A DNA stretch of 63,464 nucleotides, the filler included, from Reticulomyxa filosa (taxonomy: Eukaryota > Protista > Foraminifera): NCBI GenBank assembly GCA_000512085.1. It is 28 parts of 28 records of this genome, joined end to end, with 100 filler letters (N's around TTAATTAATTAA, not from the genome) between each part and the next. Parts side by side here need not be neighbours in the genome. Positions count along the whole stretch, not along the records: positions 35,281 to 40,324 come from ASPP01001510.1; positions 40,425 to 41,435 come from ASPP01022785.1; positions 41,536 to 44,250 come from ASPP01012278.1; positions 44,351 to 46,198 come from ASPP01039679.1; positions 46,299 to 48,047 come from ASPP01012620.1; positions 48,148 to 49,186 come from ASPP01025208.1; positions 49,287 to 50,616 come from ASPP01014148.1; positions 50,717 to 52,271 come from ASPP01000912.1; 20 more parts are not named here. One strand, given 5' to 3'. This document shows, piece after piece, positions 38,317 to 52,404 of this stretch. The first letter of the stretch is position 1. Each line of letters opens with the position of its first letter. The notes beneath the pieces were generated by a model, which searched no databases, was not told the DNA's origin, and saw nothing but the letters and a program-made list of their open reading frames with translations. Both the position numbers and the translations under genes were made by a program.

Positions 38317-38723
38317 CGTTTTGTAGGAGCTTCGATTTTGTGTTGTGTGTTATTGCTCAGTAGGAACTTTTCCATAGTGTTGCATTCAAAAACAAAAAAC
38401 AATTGTGTTCACACACCAAAAAAATTCAATCTGATTGGCCGTGCATTCTGCATTACTTTCAAAAAAATTTTCTTCAGAGCGTCAAAGAAGTTGAACGAAA
38501 AGTATATAAAAAAAATCAAGTTTTTGTAGAATTATTCACAAACGGTGAGTTTTGGAACAAACAATATTTTGAAGTTGAAAGTAAGATATTCACACAATCT
38601 TGTCTCCCCCTCTTCTGTCCCTGGGAAAAACAAAAAAAAAAATAAACAAATCAAACAAAGTGTTTGATCAATGATCATGGCCTTTCATTAATATTATGGC
38701 CAGCTATTTCAGTTTGATGAGTT

Positions 38724-40280
38724 TCAGGACTGGAGGGCGTTTGACTGTGATTGAACTTCGTCCGGAGCAAGAATGCGACCAATTTCGTTCATAACTCTTC
38801 TACGGACACGTTTCCGATTGGATTCAATATAGTCCAGCGCTCTTAAGGCATCTTCGCAGTTGTCAATGGAGACATTGCTGTTTTTGAGTTCATTGACATT
38901 ACCTTTATCAGGCGAAAAAGATTCAAAAAATAAAGTGAGTTGCCATTTCTCCTTTTGATTCGGAAGCAAAATACAGCATTGATGAGGACAAACAGCAGAT
39001 CGAATGGAAAGTTCGATAATTCGAGGGTCTTGTTTATTTGCCACTCCTTCGATACAATGCACTGGAAAGGCCATAAAGACAGTGGCAAAACCGGCATTTC
39101 CCGACATTCGCATAAACAGCAATAGCCAATCTGGTTCTCGAACGCTGAACAATACTGATTTTGGTTTCTCATCATTAGTCAAGACAAAGCAACTGAGACA
39201 TCCCGGCGCAATATTTGCCAAAGACACTTGCAAGGAAGAATAATAAGTCCATTCGCTGCGACTTTCAAATGGAAAAGACACTAACCCACCCAACAATTCC
39301 GATTTGAGTCGACTGATGTGCAATACATTTTGAATTGCCCGTCGTACCTTTTCCAACTGCTTGTGTGATTTTTTATCTGTCTTTGGAGCCACTTCTGTGA
39401 CAACATCGTTAGCAGAAGTGGAGCCAAAGGCATTGTCTTCGTCGGGTTGGAAATGATCTTCATTGTCTGCACTGGATGTACTTTTTCCAGGCATAATGTT
39501 GTCATCTCCTAACACTAAATCTTCGTGTCCCGAGTGCGACATCGTTTTGTGGTTACTTTCGGCGTCTGTCTCTACTTTTTTTATCGTCAGTGGATCCATT
39601 GAAGTCTGTTTTTCTACTCTTTCCAGACGTCTGTATTTCTGCCGCAAAGACCTGCGGAGGCAATATGCGGATCGGGTTTGCAATCAGCACATCAATTTTG
39701 GATTCTTATATCCAAGACGAGCCAATATACAAATTGTATAAGCATACATGCAAGATTTGTCGACATGCATATATACATATACATATACATATACATATAT
39801 GTGTATACGTTTGTGTTATCCTTCATAAAAAAAACGCAGCATTAAAAGACAAAAAAAAAAACAAAACGATTTTTTACGGCATTCCATTCATCTTCGAGAC
39901 ACTCAACAAAAAACGTTTCCAAGTCGTTGGATTGGAACGGCAGATATTGCCTCAAGCTGTGCTTTGCAGTTTCCCATACACGTTCGAGCCGCTTAAAGTG
40001 TTCGGTGAGCAATCCATTGTTTGGCATTGTCCGGTCTTGCACCATTTCTATCAACAGCTCTCCAAGAACGCGGATCTAGTTTTGGATTGGAGTTTCAAGA
40101 AACGATATTATCGGCACTCCGAAATGATATAGTCAATAAAAAAAAAAAAAAAAAAAAAGAGGCAAAAACAAGTAAGCAAATAAACAAAACTGTGAAAACG
40201 CTTAATTTGTCAAATTTCTCCAAAGCAGATAACAACATTTGCACAATGCCGACAGGATAGGCAATGTCATCTTCTAAGGC
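38724..40280 (-). CDS. CLEC16A/TT9(gop-1)-like protein, C-terminal part
   Basis: FFVECLEDEW (cf. FLDMFEDEY), DPRIIELSI and C..A..YIE..R.RVR...M..I..IL match the CLEC16A C-terminal PH-like region. Confidence 0.55.
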
Positions 40281-41609
40281 ACGAGCATTGTTTGCATTGG
40301 TATTATTATTGTTATTGTTATTGTNNNNNNNNNNNNNNNNNNNNNNNNNNNNNNNNNNNNNNNNNNNNTTAATTAATTAANNNNNNNNNNNNNNNNNNNN
40401 NNNNNNNNNNNNNNNNNNNNNNNNTTTGCATATAATTGGAAAAAAAGAACATAAAACAACGTCAAAATATTTATGTATTTTATTGAGAATGATCTAATCA
40501 TATTACAACAAAAGATTTTTAAAGATATAATAAAAAATGATACTTAGAAATATTATTATTATTTATTATCTTTGGAGATATAATGATCATAGAAAAAAAG
40601 TGTTTATACATTTCAAGCAATCAATGATAACTAAATATTATTGGGAATTAATTTGAAAATTTCTCAAGAATTGTCTCAAATTGAATCAACTTTTTTTTAT
40701 ATTGCTCTTGTCAAAGTGTTAAGAGTCACAAAAACTTATTCACACGGACAATACTAATACAAAGGAATTGATGTAATTGGGAATCAATTTATTAAATATT
40801 GCCTATTATATTATGAAACAATGGAATACAAGTTGGAAGAATATAGAGTAATCCTGAAGTTGTGACCGAGTTAATTTGTAATTGATTATAATGAAAAGAT
40901 TAAATATGAGATAAAAAAAAACTTCGCAGATTCTATGTTTTCCAAACGGTTTAAATCAATAATCAATTATTCTTTATTCAAATAATCACTTATCTCTGAA
41001 TCTTACAAACAAGGAAAAAGTAGATAGTTTCATATGAAAGAAATTTGTAATTCGGATTTGGATCAAAAATTGCTGTTATGTCAAAATATTTTATCAAGAT
41101 AACTTGTCACTCTTTTAACAGTAAACAGGAAAAAAAGTTTTTTTAAACTCTCAAAAATGAAAAATAGTTTTGTATTATTAACTCTTGCCATTTGTAACAT
41201 TCTAATTTTTTTTTTTTGGCTTACGACGTTGCTATAAGGAAAATATCGGTACAAGAGTTTATGAAGTTTATATAGTACCAAACTTTTTTAAATATTTTTA
41301 CTGTGAAACAAATAGCAAAAAGGACTGATTTAAAATGAATATTGCACAGAAAATAATACTGAGTACAATAGTATAATAAAACAGAATATTATCGAATGCA
41401 ACCAATGGAAATATAAAAACATGAGCTTTGAATTTNNNNNNNNNNNNNNNNNNNNNNNNNNNNNNNNNNNNNNNNNNNNTTAATTAATTAANNNNNNNNN
41501 NNNNNNNNNNNNNNNNNNNNNNNNNNNNNNNNNNNAAAAAAAAAAAAAGGGGGCGAAAACATGATAATGTGTCCCCAAAAAAAAGCTGAGGGAGATTTGG
41601 GTTTTGAGA

Positions 41610-43776
41610 ATGATAGGACATCAAAGACCGCGTGATGACAGTGTTCATGAATGAAAAGTTTGTGACGTCAATGTCAAAAAGTGAGATGGAGCAAAACCTT
41701 GAGACGATCTATGGGTATGAGCCCAACAAAAGGGTAACACTGTCCGATGCACGAATGAAATCCCTTACTTTTTTGGAGCTGGCGAATAATCGCGACACTG
41801 ACTCCAGCGACTGTTTCTATCGTGTGAAGCAAGAATACATCCAACATTTGCATGTTTAAAAAAAAAAACAAAACTTTTTTTTATTTTTTTTAATTTTGTG
41901 TGTGTGTGCGTGTCTTGAAATAAAGCAAGAGCGAAAACCAACACTATAACATAGAATCATTTATGTTGGTCCAAGGATCATCAGCTTCATGGACGGGATG
42001 GTGGATGCCAAAAGTTCCATGTTTCTTCTCACGTACACTACGCATATGCCATTTCCATCGAAGCAGTTTTATTTTTTTTATTTTTTATTTTTTTATTTGT
42101 TTTGTTTGTTAGATTGGAATACTTTCATTGTAATAATCCTTTGGTTTAGAATGAAAGCAGAATTCATGGATGGTATCACGGCTTAGTGTTACACAGATGT
42201 CATCGACCCATCAATCATATGTTTTGGTATAACGATTTCGCCAAAAAATACAGTTTTGTCAATTTTCCCTTTTTTTTTTTTTTTAATGAAAAAAACTTTG
42301 TTTTTCTAATGTACACATTATTTCATTGTATTCATATGTGTGTGGTTGGTACATGTATCGTGCTCCTTCCCTTCCTCTTTCAAAAAAAAAAAAACAAAAC
42401 AAAACAAAACAAAACAAGAATTACCGTTGGTTGATGTTTTTGAAATAAGCAGTCTTACCACCGCACATATATTCATCGACGTAAATGACCCAATACACAC
42501 TGAAAAAAGAAAGCTTTGTGATGAACTGGTGGAACATTTGTCTAATTCACTGCATCGCAATTGGTATCGCAATCGTTTGATCAGTGCTGTCATTTACAGA
42601 GTTTTACACACACATACTTTGAATTTCCATACACGCACGCGCGCAAAAAAAATTATTAAATTAAATTTGTCTTTGAAATATATCTAACAATAAAACAAAT
42701 AATTTTTTTTTTTTTGCTCCCTCGCCTTCCCCCCCCTCCTTTTTTTGCGGGCCTTTTTTTTTTGCCTGCAAAGAATGGAGTACGATTGAGCCAATTTCCC
42801 GAAAAATTCGACAAAGAGGATATTTGGCGGTGGATCGTTGAGCAAGCGCGAATTTATGACCACCCGCTGCTAAAACACTTAATTTTTCACACTGGGACGC
42901 TGTTCCTCAAACAAACCCCTGGCTATTGCGCACCTGCCAGTGGCATTGCCATCTCCTTGTTTTTTCAGACCAAAGAAGACACAGCTAGAGCGAAGCAAGT
43001 CATTGAAAAAGAGAGAGATAATAAACATTTGCCATCCAATTACGCCAATGTCTGTCTTCAATTTACACGAGACAGAACAAAGACACCTGTACATATTCAT
43101 GTATGTCTGCTCTGTTGTAACATTATTTTTATATACGTATACATGTATACATATGTATACGTATATGTATGTGTATATCTCTTTTTCCTCTTTCGAGCAA
43201 AATGGAAACATGCAAAACGAAATGGCGGGTGGTGAGGGACAAAAAATGTAGCGAATAGATAAGGAGCGATTGTATCCATTGTATCGAAAGGCAAAATTAT
43301 TGATATTGAATGAAAAGAAGCAAATTGATATAGTTAATACAATATGTACCTTTTTTAAAAAGTACGTTGAGTTTTGTCCATGTTTCTAAACCTTTTTTTT
43401 TTTTGCTTACTTTGTTGCAGTATCCCAAATTTGATCCGAGTGGCACACTTCATCCCTGGTTTAATCGGTTTGCCATCAAGTCAACTACAGACAACAATAT
43501 GGATGATAACATAGATGACCAAAAAGAGATCAGTGAATTGTTCTCTACACATCAATCCAACGAGCAACTACAAAATGATTTGAAACAATGGCTAAGAGAG
43601 AGGTGTTTTAGTGAATACTTTCAAGTCTTTATTGACAATGGATTCGATCGGATTGAAACGTTTTGACAATAACTGAAAAAGATTTAATTGATTTTAATGT
43701 AAAAATGGGTCACAGAAAGCTTTTGTTGAAACACATTTCCAAAGAAAGACAAAAACAAACCATTGAAAAGTTCTAA
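41610..43776 (+). CDS. Multi-exon protein with a C-terminal SAM domain
   Basis: LKQWL...FSEYFQVFIDNGFDRIETF(L)TITEKDLIDFNVKMGHRKLLLKHI; a 1-nt slip in the T run at ~43662. Upstream exons unassigned. Confidence 0.65.
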
Positions 43777-46298
43777 CCAACTGAAAACAAAAGTGGTATT
43801 TTGAATTAGTGCGTGAGTTTGATGGTGTTGAACATTTTTTGCTTTTCATTTTTTTTTTTGATACATTAGTTCATATTGACAGTATTGCTGTGTTTCATTT
43901 TAACACCGCTCTCTTTGATCGTAAAAAAAAGACTAAGTGTTGCACTCCTTCAAGCTAAAAAGAAGAGAAGTTTGCTGGTCATTGGTCGCAAAAAAAAATC
44001 CTTCTGGTTATAATAGGATTGTTTTGATAGAATGTCGATTTGAAAGGTACCAATAACCACGCGGTTCAATCCATTTAGATTTCTTTGAGAGTCTAATGGC
44101 CTCACAATGGGATAACAATTAAATATTCAACGCAAGACAAAGCTGAGATGACAAATAGTGCTCAAAAAAAAAAGTATCCCAAGATTTTTGTTGCAGTCCA
44201 CTTGTTTCGACAGCAACACAGAACAAAAAAAGGAATGAACAAACAACACANNNNNNNNNNNNNNNNNNNNNNNNNNNNNNNNNNNNNNNNNNNNTTAATT
44301 AATTAANNNNNNNNNNNNNNNNNNNNNNNNNNNNNNNNNNNNNNNNNNNNATCAAGAGATATGAAGTGGATAGTATTGATTGTGTGTATTGTGTGTGTAT
44401 TTTATTTAAAAATAATTTTTTTAAAAAAAACAAAATAACAGATTGTTGAAAATTTGCAAAGTGGAATTAATAATAAGCACGCCATCGTCCAATAGATCGT
44501 GCAACAGCGAGTATCGAGTATGGACTGGAGACTCTGTCTGTTATCAACAATTCTGGTCACAACGTTACAACAAACAAGAAGCAAACCACCAACACTATCT
44601 GCAGCTACGACAGATTTATCTTCAATGTCCCGCTGTCCAATCCAAGCGAAAATTACTCAAAACACAATTTTACGTCCAAATCGTATTGTGCAAATTCACC
44701 AACTATTTTGTCCAACGCTGCAATGTTAAGTCCTTTTTCTTTTTTTTTTTGTTTAAAAAACAAGCAAACAAACAAATAAACAAAATTAGATTGTGCGAAT
44801 ACGATGTGCCGTCACTAAATGGAAAATAGAAGGACAATGCATACTTGTAATGATTATCCAACCAGTTGCAATCGCTGGGACAAACTTTGACAAAAATTTC
44901 GTCATTTCTTTTCCATGGCACAGATACGCCTTTTGTGTAATAGAAGCGCTGTTAGCGCAAATGGGGAAAATGGGCTACAACGCAGCCGACGAACAAGTTG
45001 GTCGTGGTACCCATCTTCATTTACGCAAACAAGCTCTATATTCACAAAAACGTATTCTCATAAGGCGCTTAGCCTCAACACAAGATATAGCACGCAATGG
45101 ACGAGCTCGTATTGCAAATTTTTCTATCAAACATATTTCTCCATCTATTATCCACACACTTGCAGTCAACCACTCAAATTATCAGCGGGTGACAATGCAT
45201 TTAATCATTAATTCCATTTGCTGTCAATTGAGGCCATCAACGATATCATTGACAAGTTATTCTTATTTTTTTTCTTTGTTGTTGAATAATAAATGTCATT
45301 TTTTTGCTTGTTGTTTGTTTATAGAAAGTATTTGTGGAGCAATGCGATTGGAAGAAGCTTGTGTTGAAACTGGAGAAAACCAACGACGATGAATATTATA
45401 GCCACTTTGTGGCTTGCATTGCGAGCGGCGCATTGTGATTATAATGCAACAGGTAATTCTTTTGCTTTTCCTTTATGTTCTGCTTATAACTTTGTATTGT
45501 GTGTTTATATTTAATAGAACAATAAACTTGAATGAAAAAAAGAAAGTGGGGTAGCAACCACCCCCGTCTCCGCAAGGAGAATAAATGGTTTGTTCTATTT
45601 GCTTTTTTTTTATAAATATATTTACATGTTATATTTGTATGATATAGGTTCCCCCGTCACGCCAAGATTGCTTCATCTGTACCCCCTCCGTACGTACACA
45701 CACAAAAAAAAAGATCATTGGGGTTGAAGTCTACTATGTTTGAAAAAAAAACAAAAAGGTTTGTATATGTTTTTTTATTTATGTACATGTATCACTTTGT
45801 AATAAAATGTGTGTTTGTTCTTGTGATGAAATAGGAATTCCCTCAAAAAAAAAGACCTATATGTGTTTATTCACTTATTTGCTTCCCCACTCCCTTAAAA
45901 AAAAAAAAGATTTGAAGTGTATTTAATAGGAAAAAAAAATTTGATGTTGTATCGCAGCTTATAATAGTTATGAATATTTTTTTTTTATTTGTTTAAAATT
46001 ATAAAATATATCTTTGCTTTTGTGTGTACATAGGGATCCTTTACAAAAAAGCAAGATATGTATTTTTAAAAAAAGTGTATTGTGAAGGGGAAAAATTATA
46101 TCAAGTGGGGTGTAGGAAAAAAAGGGGAAATGAATTTTTGGGGGAAAAAAAGTGACAATTAATTATTAGGATGGGGGGAATGAAAAAAAAGGACTAATNN
46201 NNNNNNNNNNNNNNNNNNNNNNNNNNNNNNNNNNNNNNNNNNTTAATTAATTAANNNNNNNNNNNNNNNNNNNNNNNNNNNNNNNNNNNNNNNNNNNN

Positions 46299-46330
<32 letters not shown>

Positions 46331-46331
46331 G

Positions 46332-46768
46332 AATTAAAGTATCAACACGACCAAAAAGAAGGCGATTTGTATATGATGGACTTGCCATTCAAAAAATGGG
46401 ACTTTATTATGATGAATCAAATGTTGGAACATTTTTATGACCCCTTCGCTGCACTTTATAACGTGTATCGACACTTACGTCCTGGGGGATACGTGTGGAT
46501 CACTGTGCCGGTAATCAACATTCCGCATATGCTTCCTGCTCATTTCTACAACTTTGAGCCCATGGCTTTGATTACATTGGCTCTGAAGGCCGGCTTTGAT
46601 ATCAAAGAGATTGGCTACTGGGGCCATATTGAATATATCAAGGCTATGTACAGAATTCACTGGTGGCTTCCGATTTCGGAGTATCGAACATTCGAACCGC
46701 TTGTCAGTAGCTTACATGCTGCTGTTCAAACTTGGGCTTTATTGCAAAAGCCCTTAAATACCTTTTAA
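46332..46768 (+). CDS. Class I SAM-dependent methyltransferase (Methyltransf_11-like), last exon
   Basis: GDL..MDLP...WDFI.MNQMLEHFYDP..AL....RHLRPGGYVWITVP. Confidence 0.8.
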
Positions 46769-47181
46769 AATATTGTCTCATACAAATTGTCTTATAGCCT
46801 TCAATAATCTTTTTTCTTTCTTCTTATTTCATTTGAGCAGTTCATAACGATGTCTACATTTTTTGGGCTATTTGAACCACAAAACAAAAGCTCATATCTT
46901 TGGTAAAAGTTGTCTTTTTTCTACATTGAAAATCAAATATTCTCAAAATAGTCGTGTCTAGAACATAACTGATAGGTGGTGTTGATTGCCATCACAATCG
47001 ATCACTGCCACTTTGATTATACCAATATAATTAGAGCAAAGTAAAAGAAAGTATTGGTAGACAAAGCCTGTGCTTACCAAATTATATTAGCACAAGTCAA
47101 AAAAAAAGGCGAAACCAAGAGTTGATATAAAAATTGTTTTTTTCTTTGTAATAATAGCCCGATTAATATTGAGTTGGCAAT

Positions 47182-47990
47182 ATGAATACCGATCTAACAG
47201 AAACTGAAACACATAAATTGATGGAATTTTTACATCTTGTATGTAGTCAGAATATGAACGCAGGCTTAAGAGTTTTGAGAGCAGTGAATTGGAATATCGA
47301 AGTGGCAGTAGCAAAGTGGGCAGAGGAAGGAGGGCATTCATCTGACGAGTCAGAAAGAAACACCTTTCAGCTGAGTGGTTTTTAAAGTAGTTTCCCCTCA
47401 CTCTTTTTTCTGTTACACTCCGTTTTTTTTTTTTCAGAAAGGGTTTTTTTTTTTTTTTTTTAAGAAAAAAAAAATGACAATTATCTAGAGAAGACACACG
47501 CAATGTCGATCTTGGATATGAAGACTCCCGCGAATATATCGACGAGACAAACGATATCGATGTACCCAACGAGGACGGCATTCGTTCTGCTGACCGTTCT
47601 TTTCGAGAACGATTGTTGCCAGGTTGCGATATTTTTTTATTTTCAAAAAAAAAAAAAAAAAAAAACGCAAGGCAAAGCATATAATGTAACAACAAAACAA
47701 AAATCATCAGCAAACTACAATGCCTTTGGAAGAACACAGAGCCGATTGTTGAACTCAGGGTTAGACACTATTTTTTTTTTTTTGTTTTTAAAAAGAAGGA
47801 CAACATCAAATTTATCTAATTTATTTAATGAATTAATTGATAAAAAAAAAAAAAAAATAACTTAGGAATCTGGGTGTCGAATGGTACAAAGGTGAAAAGA
47901 CAAAGAGATCTGACAATTTATGCAACAAATTTGCTGATCCCGAGTACAAATTTTCTGGTGACTGGGACGAAGTTTTGAAAATGGCCACAC
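47182..47990 (+). CDS. UBX-family p97 cofactor N-terminus (UBA-like domain + start of UAS), UBXN7/FAF-like
   Basis: KLMEFL.L......GLRVLRAVNWNIEVAV (UBA_4-like); a later exon LCNKFADPEYKFSGDWDEVLKMA resembles the UAS N-terminus. Confidence 0.55.
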
Positions 47991-49286
47991 ATATACACAC
48001 ACTTTTTTTTTTTTAAAAAAAAAATAAAAAAAAAAAATGGATTATTCNNNNNNNNNNNNNNNNNNNNNNNNNNNNNNNNNNNNNNNNNNNNTTAATTAAT
48101 TAANNNNNNNNNNNNNNNNNNNNNNNNNNNNNNNNNNNNNNNNNNNNCGGATGTGATCAAGATGTTGTCAGGATGAGTGTTATTATTAAACCCCCTATTT
48201 TTGAAGATTTGATATCCATACACTAACAACAGTGTTTTCAGAAAAAGCGCCAGATTGGGCATCACGGGCGCGTCATACGAGAGATAAGGCACTGACGCCG
48301 ACAGCCTGTCAGGCCAAGTCAGCAGGATAAACAGCAGCATAAGCATGCAATTGAGCAAAACGTTAGTACGTTGTACAAATCTCTCAGTTTCTTTAATATG
48401 TAAGAGAAAAGATTATCATGCACAAGCATGAAGGGGGGAGGGGGAAGAAAAAGGTCATAAAACAGCAAACAGTGGACACAAATTCATAATACTTAAAGTT
48501 AAAACAATTTTAAAAAATAAATAAATAAAAAGTTTAGTAATTTTAAAACAAAAATTGGAAAGTCATTTTTTGGACTTGATAACGGTGATAGTGACAGCGG
48601 AGCGGGTCGTAAGAATGGAAAGAAGGTTTTTTTTTTAATCAATTATCTTTAAAGTACAGACAGTTATTGAAGAATCAATAACAAAAAAAAATAGGCGAAA
48701 AAGATTGTATCATTGTGGTGGGTGTTATGGTGTAGCACTTCGGCTGTGTGGATGACATTGGTAACGACTGGCGACACGAGCGCATGTCCATCAGACGACC
48801 CTTGCATTGGGTGCAATCAAGCACAAAACTGTTCAACAGAAGACTGGGTGTGTGCTGAATTGCCAGCAAACAAACACAACGTGGATGCACATGACGAGGG
48901 ATTGTTAGTGGAAAACGAGCTGAAAAAATTACGAATACGATCACACTTACGTATCGCGTAGTGTTCCACAGCACATTGCGTTTGAACATAACCAAGTTAT
49001 TTGGGTTTTGGCGAGCATTATTTCGACCTTGCACATATCATGCGTTTTCGAATGGCGTAAGTACTTTCCCCCATGCAAGTATACGTAGACCATGCTTTCT
49101 TTTTTTTTTAAACAGTTTTCGCAAAAAAAAAAAAAAAGAAATGACCATATTGAAGGCTACGCAGAATACATTGAAGAAAATTCCAANNNNNNNNNNNNNN
49201 NNNNNNNNNNNNNNNNNNNNNNNNNNNNNNTTAATTAATTAANNNNNNNNNNNNNNNNNNNNNNNNNNNNNNNNNNNNNNNNNNNN

Positions 49287-50500
49287 TGTGTGCCAAATAG
49301 TAGACTTGCTTTGCTGCGGACAGTGCTTCGTGTGCTTGGCCGACTTATGTCAGGCGCAAGAATACGAGCTGATGCCAGTCTCGCAGTCGCGCTTGGACAA
49401 TCATTGGAACACTCCAGCCACATCTTATCACTACCAATCGTACTCGCAGCCCAAAGTGAACTCGGGGCCCTTTGACCCCCCTTTCTGTCCAACCACCACC
49501 GCCAGCATCAAAAGCATTCACACTAGTTTTAAAGCTTTTTTTCACTTTGTGTCGTTCTTCTTTTTTTTTTTTTTTTTTGCAGTATTTTGTTTGTTGTTGA
49601 ACAATGGTGATAATGATGAATGACGATGGGATGTATGAAGACAGTACCTATCCAACGACAACTGTTTCCAGCAATTATGGCGCTTCCGCTCGTAGACAGA
49701 GCTATTCTGCCATGACAGTACCTGATGCGAAACGTGCGGTGAGATCGACTGTGCGAATGACACAAGTGGGTCAACGTCAGACGACAAACAATAGAGAAAA
49801 AGAAAAAGAAAAAGAAGAAGAAGAAGAAGAAGAAGAAGCGCAAGAAGAGATTGATAATAACAAGTATAAAAATAATAAGAGTAATTATAATTATAATGAT
49901 CATGATGATGACAATAATAATAATAATAATAATAATAATGGCCTCGTTTATCACAGACGCCAAACCAGCGTAGAAGAAGACAGCAAGATCAGCGCCAAGT
50001 CGGCGCCATTGAAGAAAATGGCACAACACGAGCGATATGGCTACGGGACAAGCGCCCAGGATCGCGATATCGCACCTCCAGAATCGTCGTCAACGCGCTC
50101 GGAAAGGGCGACGTCGACAGGTTCCACGACGATGTGGAGCCCGAAGAGACCGACGAGGAATACGCTATCCCACCCAGCGAAGGACACGGTGACGACGATG
50201 ACAAATTCGATGAGTTTTTCGTTGAATCCACTCCTTTGAAAAGTTTTGTTTTTTAATAAAATGTAGAGTTGTATTAATTATTCACTTTTTTAAAATAAAT
50301 AAATATATATATATGTATATATATGTATATATATATATATATCAAATCAAATACAAAATAGATAGTCAAGTTTCCACTGTCAAGACTGGTATTCGCACAT
50401 TGCGGGGCGACTTGTTCATCTTGGTGTGGCTTGGAAATATACAAATGTTCACAACAGTTACTGCCGTCATTTTGAGCAATGCGCTGATATCCTATGTTCG
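49287..50500 (+). CDS. Unidentified low-complexity (poly-E, poly-N) protein, internal exons
   Basis: Open coding-like exons with GAA/AAT triplet runs, separated by T-rich and TA-rich introns. Confidence 0.4.
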
Positions 50501-50716
50501 TTAAGTGTCTTTTTCATCTCTTTCTCACTTTCTCTTCTGCCGATCAAAAAAAAAAAAAAAAAGGGGCTCATAAGTCAAAAAGTGAACTAAATAAACCAAC
50601 AAAAAACAAACGAATANNNNNNNNNNNNNNNNNNNNNNNNNNNNNNNNNNNNNNNNNNNNTTAATTAATTAANNNNNNNNNNNNNNNNNNNNNNNNNNNN
50701 NNNNNNNNNNNNNNNN

Positions 50717-52271
50717 CTTCTTTCGTCTTGAATTCGCTATCTGATACATGACAAATGATGTATTTGGCTGATACTGCTGCGTTAATATCATTCACAATGT
50801 CTTATTTCTGTTAAGGCGTAACACTAATTTGTTAGCCTTTGTGATTGTGGACGTATACGTCATTTTCAATAATTATTCATATGGTTTCACAATATTTTTT
50901 CGAAGATCTCTTTTGATTTACGACAATGTTTGACGGATCTGCAAATGTGAATACTACTGTTGGAAGCTTTTTATTTTGCTTGGTTGGTTCAGTTGTCATC
51001 TTAAGAGATCTTGCTTGATCTTGATATCTCGATATCGAGTTTGCATTATTGAAAATACGGTTTTAGTCTTGATTTGCCTTGTCAAATGGCTCCACTTTCA
51101 CAATTGAATATCATTTTCTTTCAATATCTTGACAACATCTTCAGCAACTTTAACAATTGGTAGCTTATAAAATTGTTTTACTTCTTGTTTTGATATCCAT
51201 AATTTTCCAATGTCCCCTTGATTTCGTCATCGCTTTCACGAGTTGATATTCCTCGAATCAGGACATATTTATTTACTTCAGGATTAGTCAATGCTTCTTC
51301 ACGCTTTTTCTTTTGTTCAGCAGTGAATGTCTTGCGATAAATATCACATCTTGGCTGCCTTACAATATGTTTTCAATCTTGATTTTCTTTTTGGCTTTCT
51401 TTCTTCGCAATGTCATCCATTAGTCCATCATCTGGCCTCTTTCGTTTTATGCTATTCGCCTTATGTCATTTGTGTCCTGTGATCCAAAACAAGGAATCTC
51501 GAAGAGAAAAGAAATTTATTGAGAAAAAGGAACAAGTGAAAATAAATTTAAAGCTTCAAATTACAAAAAACAAAAATAAACAACAAAATACTGCCAGAAA
51601 TGATGAAGTCAAGCAAATGAAAGACGAAATTGCGGCATCAACAATTGAACAATTAACATCAATGGTTCAAGCATTTGCTTCCGTTATTAAAGGATTATCA
51701 TCGAAAACAAGGCTCAGAGGATTCGGTTGAACATTAGCATTGCTCCTGTAATTCCCCCTGACCATTCCACAGAAGAGCCAATTTTGTTTTCACAACCGTT
51801 GATTGATCTCGCTGTACAACTTTTGAGATTTTATTTTTTTTTTTATTTTTTAAAGATTAAAATTTAAAATTTTTTTTTTTCACTTGTTGATCTTTCCATT
51901 TTTTGTTTATACAATATTGGCACAACTCAGAGTTATTATTACGAATGGCTGAATAAAAAAAAACTGCATCAGATCATCGTGACGATCTGACACGTTCTAA
52001 GCAAAAACTCGTTGTAACAGGTTCAAAACTTCAAGATACTTCAGTATCTCAAAAAGATTAAACTCGATATCGAGATATCAAGATCAAGCAAGATCTCTTA
52101 AGATGACAACTGAACCAACCAAGCAAAATAAAAAGCTTCCAACAGTAGTATTCACATTTGCAGATCCGTCAAACATTGTCGTAAATCAAAAGAGATCTTC
52201 GAAAAAATATTGTGAAACCATATGAATAATTATTGAAAATGACGTATACGTCCACAATCACAAAGGCTAAC
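50717..52271. mobile_element. Scrambled, degraded LINE ORF1 (gag-like) relic
   Basis: Minus strand YVLIRGISTRESDDEIKGTLENYGY..LPIVKV..FQ*CK (RRM-like region up to the start of a zinc knuckle); other pieces lie on the plus strand. Confidence 0.5.
50831..52271. repeat. Perfect 212-bp inverted repeat (50831-51042 / 52060-52271)
   Basis: The two arms are reverse complements by direct reading; the right arm runs to the contig end. Confidence 0.92.
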
Positions 52272-52404
52272 NNNNNNNNNNNNNNNNNNNNNNNNNNNNN
52301 NNNNNNNNNNNNNNNTTAATTAATTAANNNNNNNNNNNNNNNNNNNNNNNNNNNNNNNNNNNNNNNNNNNNTAAGTGTTCATGTGGACAACCCGAACGGC
52401 GGCA

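Noticed and set aside
40425-41435. Possible degraded TPR or other coding relic
   Set aside because: Too AT-rich and decayed for any supportable motif.
44351-45460. Coding-like exons on the plus strand
   Set aside because: Frame and identity could not be established.
48148-49186. Cys-rich plus-strand and hydrophobic minus-strand ORFs
   Set aside because: Strand ambiguous and no domain recognised.
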